A stretch of 58,351 bases of DNA, counting the filler, from Streblomastix strix (taxonomy: Eukaryota): the NCBI GenBank assembly GCA_008636045.1. It is 3 parts of 3 records of this genome, joined end to end, with 100 filler letters (N's around TTAATTAATTAA, not from the genome) between each part and the next. Parts side by side here need not be neighbours in the genome. Positions count along the whole stretch, not along the records: positions 38,986 to 58,351 come from SNRW01000518.1; 2 more parts are not named here. One strand, written 5' to 3'. The notes under the pieces were generated by a model, which saw only the letters and a list, made by a program, of their open reading frames with translations, was not told where the DNA came from and did no database searches. The position numbers were made by a program, and so were the translations under genes. Numbering within the stretch: the stretch's first letter is position 1; each line of letters begins with the position of its first letter. Below are positions 53,113-58,351 of this stretch, piece by piece.

Positions 53113-56100
53113 ATGAAGAAATAAAAGATTGACCTACAATTTGAATCATCGAGAATAGAATTTATAGTTATTCCTGCATATTAGCAATATAAGATTTGTA
53201 TTAAACTATCAAAGAGCTCTGAAATTTATTCACTTTCTCCTTTCACAGTACCTGAATAACATTCACTTCATAATCTGATAGAATTTGATATAAAAGACAA
53301 CCATTCAGAAGAAATTCGTATTACAAACATATAATAAATTGATTCTTTGTATTTATCAGTTAAATTAAAAAGACTCAAACCCTTCTAGCTAACAAAAAAG
53401 AGTAGAACTGTTGCTGAATCTAGAATAAAACTTTTTAATTCATTTTCAGGTTAGATTCCCCTATTTGACATAAAATCTAGAATATGGGATGTTAATAAGA
53501 TTGATATTCTTGAACTTATACAAAAATTAATAGATACTGCGTCCAAATAATCAAATCAATCTTATGAACCCAATTCCAGTAATGCACAAAGTTAATTAAT
53601 GAAATAATAAAAAGAAGATAATAGCAATTTTGTCTAAGATATTATTGCCATGTTAAACATAAATATTACAATATCAATTTAACCTCAATAAATAAAAATG
53701 TTATCTCCATTTGTAGATTAAAGTCATTAAGTATGAATTCCATCATAAATACATTCACAGTCAATATCTTATGATTCTCAAATTAAACAGAATATTTCTA
53801 AGAAAGATATAAAATAATTTTATATTCCTTCTCCGCTTAGAATTAATCTCAATTTACATTCTATTATTAATAACCAATCAACTTTAAATAAAAAAGAAGA
53901 TGATATTGTATCAGATGATTTTAAGCAGATACAAGAAATGGATGAATAGAAAGATAATTTAAAAGAGATTATTTCATAAGCATAAAATTAATAATTATTT
54001 GACCCTGTTCACATAAATTCTTATTCATATTCACATTATAATAGATATAGTTAATCTATAGAAAGATTTTCAAAGCATAAATCAAACTTCTTTGTGAATG
54101 AATATTGTAGAGATTCTAATGAGATGAATTATTCAGAATTATCTCTCTCTTCTTAAATGGATGAAATTAGAAACAGAATTCATTCATTTGATGCAATTCC
54201 AAGTCATATTAATAATTCTGAATATTAATATATTCTTAATAAGAAAAGTATTCATAGTAATTCATATCCTGATTTTTTTAATATTCAATAATAAAAATTA
54301 AATAAAGGCAATAAATGTATAAAGATAAAAAAGATGAGAAGAATAAACATTGATGGATATAAATATCAACATCCTTCATTTGTATACTAACTTTCATCAG
54401 CGATATCCAACCTATTTCCTTCTCCATATGTATAATAGTCATAATATGATCCATATCCTCCAATCTTGCCTCCTCATGTTGTTATAGTTGAGGCTGAAAC
54501 ATAATCATCTCTTTTTATTAGATATATTTCTGAATTGGAAGAATTATAGTTGAAAAAAGAAATTGGATAATAGTAAGATATAATGAGCAATATTCACTCA
54601 ATTTGTGACCATTGTGTATTTTTTGGTCATACAATTGAATATAAATCTGAAAGTAAAGTAAAATTCCCCTTCTAATACGAAAGAAATTAATTTATGAACT
54701 AATCTCTTACTGAAGATCATCTTTTTATTTGTCTTTCATCTGTAGCATCTGCTTATTCAGATGTTATTACATAGAAAATGAAAGTTAAAGATTAATAAAG
54801 AAGAATAAGATAGAAAAGGAATTAAAGAGATTAATAAAGAAGAATAAGATAGAAAAGGAATTAAAGAGATTAATTGAATACATTATTATCCATATATTCT
54901 GCTGATTTCTATAATCCGCCAATGCGAACATTAATTCCATCAAATAAAGATGAGAATATAGTAAAGAATAAATAATAATTTAAAGATTAAAAAGAAGATC
55001 ATGAATAAGAAAGTATTTAAAATAAAGAAATATAAGAAGAAGAAAGTAATAATGATAAATATATGAAGGTTATCCCAGCACCAAATCTATCAAATCATTC
55101 AGTTCCACTTTCACTGTCACATGGATTGGGTCTTGGTTGGAGTAATTTTGATTTCTCAAATTCATCAGAATCATTTCACTTTAAATAGATAAATAAAAAT
55201 AATGAAGAAAAAGAGGAGAAAAAGAAGTCAAAATTAGAGAGTTATTCATCAAGTAATAATTCACAGTAAATGAAAGATAATGAAGAAGAGAATGAATAAT
55301 AGATTTAAGATTAAGATTCAGACTCTTATTCTTCTTCTTCTTCTTCTTCTTCCTCATCTTCTTATTCAAATGAGAAATCCTTTCACTAATTGACTACTCA
55401 GAATGATAGAATCTAAAATAGTATCAAACATGGGAAGAAATAAGCCTATAAATAATAGCACCCATTTTAAGGTGTTGTAAGTGGACATACAATTGTTAAG
55501 AATAACATTGAGGCAGAAAAAGAAAGAAAAGGATTAAAAATGAAGAAACAGAAGAATGTGAAAATAATTGAGAAATAATAACAACAATAAAAAGAAAAGG
55601 AAATTGCGAAAATTAATAGAAAGCGTCATAATATGAAATTGAAACTTAAATAGACAAACATGAATGAATCGTAATCATATCATAGTTCAACTTCTTCAGA
55701 ATCATCAACATAATTATATTCATCTTCAAATTCATTATATTCACAAATACGATCATCCACATCCTCATAATAAACTTCATTTCATTCTTCATTTGCATTT
55801 TCTAATTCTGATACTTTATCATCTGAATCTAATTCGTATTCATCTTCTAATCATAATTAAGTGGTCAATAAAATAAGATAAACTTAGAATCTCAAATATC
55901 AACTCCCATCTCAGACAACTAATAACAATAATCAGTCTCCATCATTTATTTCTTTTATTTAGTCATTATTTATGAGAAGAAATCAGAATTAATAAACAGC
56001 AACAAATATTAAATCTGACCATAAGAATAAAAAATAAAGAAAATAAAAATATTCTGAAGAAGAATTGTACAACAGAAAAGACAATGAACATTTTACACAC

Positions 56101-58351
56101 GAAAGTAAATCGAAAGACATAATAGAAGATGAAGATATAACCAGTAAGAGTATAATGTAATCAAATTATTATAATTCTACATCTAATTCAATATATTCTT
56201 AGTCTAATGAAAGGATATCCAATGTTTAAAGTGATTCATAAAAGAACAGTTTTATTTCTCCATTTCGTAATTTATTAGCTTCAACACTTTCTTTATTTGG
56301 TCATAAATCAAATTCAAGTTTTTAGGAGATTGATTTGAATAAGAAAAAGTCATAATTATAAGAAAAAGAATCGAAAATTAATGAAAATAGAAAATCAACC
56401 ATTAATAATGAACATATTTAGAATAATGATTCCTCTTCTTCACATCATTAATCTCATAATTCTTCATCAAAATCCACAAAAAGATCACATTTTTCTTTTT
56501 CATCATCCAATATACTTCATATTCTTCCTCTTTAAATTGTTGTATTTGGATCGGACTAATTCATTATCAGGGTGATGAATATATATTATTTTATGAAGGA
56601 AAAAGAAGGATAAAAAATAAAAGATGGTTAAAATGACTAAAATATTCAATTGAAGGTCGAGAAGAAGATATTTACTAATACAAGAAAGGATAAATAATAA
56701 CAATAAATGTTTAACATAAGAAAAGAAAAAGAAAGAAAGATTATATCTCTACGATTTCTTTATATTCCTTTTCCTAATGATAATGAGATTGAATATGAAT
56801 AAAATAAAGAAGATGAAAGAAGAATAAAATATTAGAATGAAATAAAATAATAAATTCTACAATAATCTTAACTAGTTTTATAAATGAATAATTTTAATTC
56901 TCCTTTTTAATTATATTATAATAATTAACCACAAAAAACAATATTAAATAGAAAAAAGTCGGATGCATTTTATGTTTCCTAATTTCTTTCAAGAATAGAT
57001 CCAACATATTATTAATTGTTCAATGTCAGAAATGATGACAGTAATGAATTATTAGATTTGAATAACTTCTTTTCTTCTTTATAGAAGGAATAACTCTCTT
57101 CATCTTTCTCAAATGATTCAACATCATAATTTAAAGATCTAATTAATGAATTAAAACAATAATAAAACAATTCATAATTCAAATTTAATCATAATGAGAA
57201 TAATAATTAATTAAAATTTGAAAAACTATCTTAATCATATGTGCTATTAAATGATATATTACAGAGATTTACAACATTTATGAAATCAAATGCATATCAG
57301 ACCGTTGAAAATATTAAAGAATAGTTAAACATAAGATATGCATTGAATACGAAGAAATAAAATATTAAGAATATTAAAACAAATCGAAAACACAATAATA
57401 ATGAATATATCAATAAATAAGAGATGAAAATATAACAGAATTCTAATATTTATTCTTCTTCATAATATTTATCTGAATTTAATTCTATATTAACAAATAA
57501 GAATTAGGTGAAATCTAATAAAGTTAATATTGGAAGAGGAATTGTTATTATTTATAAAAGAAAAAATAATATCAATACTATTTCTTAAATGAAATTATCT
57601 TCTACGCAATTAAATAAGAATTTATCTCATATTTAATCTAAAACCAAATCAAACAATTAAGATTAATAATCGTTAGATAAATTATCTATTCCATTTTTCT
57701 TTTATATAAATGCATATCCTGAATATGATGAATTTAATGACAGTTATTCATCATCATCTATAAATTAATCATCATCATCATCTTCATCATCATCTTCATC
57801 ATCATCTTCATCATCATCTTCATCTTCATCATCATCTTCATCATCATCTTAATCATCATCTCCATCTTCATTATATTAATATTAGTAATAGATATTTTTA
57901 ACTTCACCAACTCCTGTTATTTATTCATAACAGGATCAACTTCCAAATTTTCTTTCTTTTAATATCACAAATATTAAACTTTAAAAATAATTTAATAAAA
58001 AGAATAAACGATTGAATGATGCATATTTTGGAGGAATTAAAGAAGATATTAATTAATAATTCTCATAAACTAATATTGAACATCCTTCTCTCACAATTGT
58101 TGAATTTATGAAAGAAAAATTAAACTAATTAAAAAATTCAATTCTACCAACATCATCGTTCCCTTCATAATCATTTCATTCTACTGACACTGAAAAAAGA
58201 AAATTTGAAGAAATAAAATTAAATTAAAAAGCAATTAATTAAACTTAGATTGTTGTTGAAGGAATTCAATGTTTAGATGGTGAAAATGAAGATGATTATT
58301 AAATAAGATTTTAGAATGAGAATGGTTAATCTAATTAATTAACTTAAATTC
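53113..58351 (+). CDS. PACS-like (phosphofurin acidic cluster sorting) protein with large Ser/Gln inserts, 3' truncated
   Basis: Open frame +1. N-terminal C2-like LYLSVKLKRLKPFQLTKKSRTVAESRI; C-terminal LQIVVFGSDQFIIRVM, LRFLYIPF, VSQFLSRIDPTYYQLF and QIVVEGIQCL match PACS C-terminal region motifs. Confidence 0.65.
54790..54873 (+). repeat. Perfect 39-bp in-frame tandem duplication
   Basis: GATTAATAAAGAAGAATAAGATAGAAAAGGAATTAAAGA x2 (DQQRRIRQKRNQR). Confidence 0.9.
57768..57872 (+). repeat. TCA/TCT poly-Ser coding repeat
   Basis: About 30 consecutive TCW codons in the PACS-like frame. Confidence 0.9.

Noticed and set aside
7092..56703. Many hydrophobic or His-rich short ORFs in the supplied track (e.g. 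13784, 30562, 33484, 45694, 55664)
   Set aside because: Mostly antisense or off-frame shadows of low-complexity genes, produced by using the standard code.

Overview
Very AT-rich, intron-containing eukaryotic DNA that reads as long genes only if TAA/TAG = Gln and TGA = stop (ciliate-type code). The supplied standard-code ORF track is therefore mostly fragments or antisense shadows. Code, intron style and gene families (TmcB/C-like, NEK-SPRY) resemble an oxymonad such as Streblomastix (inference). The window is three contigs (1-19414, 19515-38885, 38986-58351) joined by artificial N44-TTAATTAATTAA-N44 linkers. Contig 1 holds a TmcB/C-like pseudogene, a pogo/Tigger transposon whose transposase is fused in frame to a PIP box and an OTU deubiquitinase domain, a membrane-protein pseudogene, a TIR-bounded hAT element, a NEK-SPRY kinase pseudogene and an LCAT 3' end. 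Contig 2 holds a degraded Polinton-like element (SF3 helicase, integrase, pPolB, repeated intergenic hairpins, an inserted ~850-bp foldback element), an ELP1 pseudogene and a Sola2-like transposase. Contig 3 holds a large low-complexity gene, RRP40, a USP20/33-like deubiquitinase flanked by ~690-bp inverted repeats, an eIF4E and a PACS-like gene. Across all contigs, in-frame TGA codons repeatedly sit where Arg is expected. All family calls come from manual translation and motif recognition; no database searches were run.
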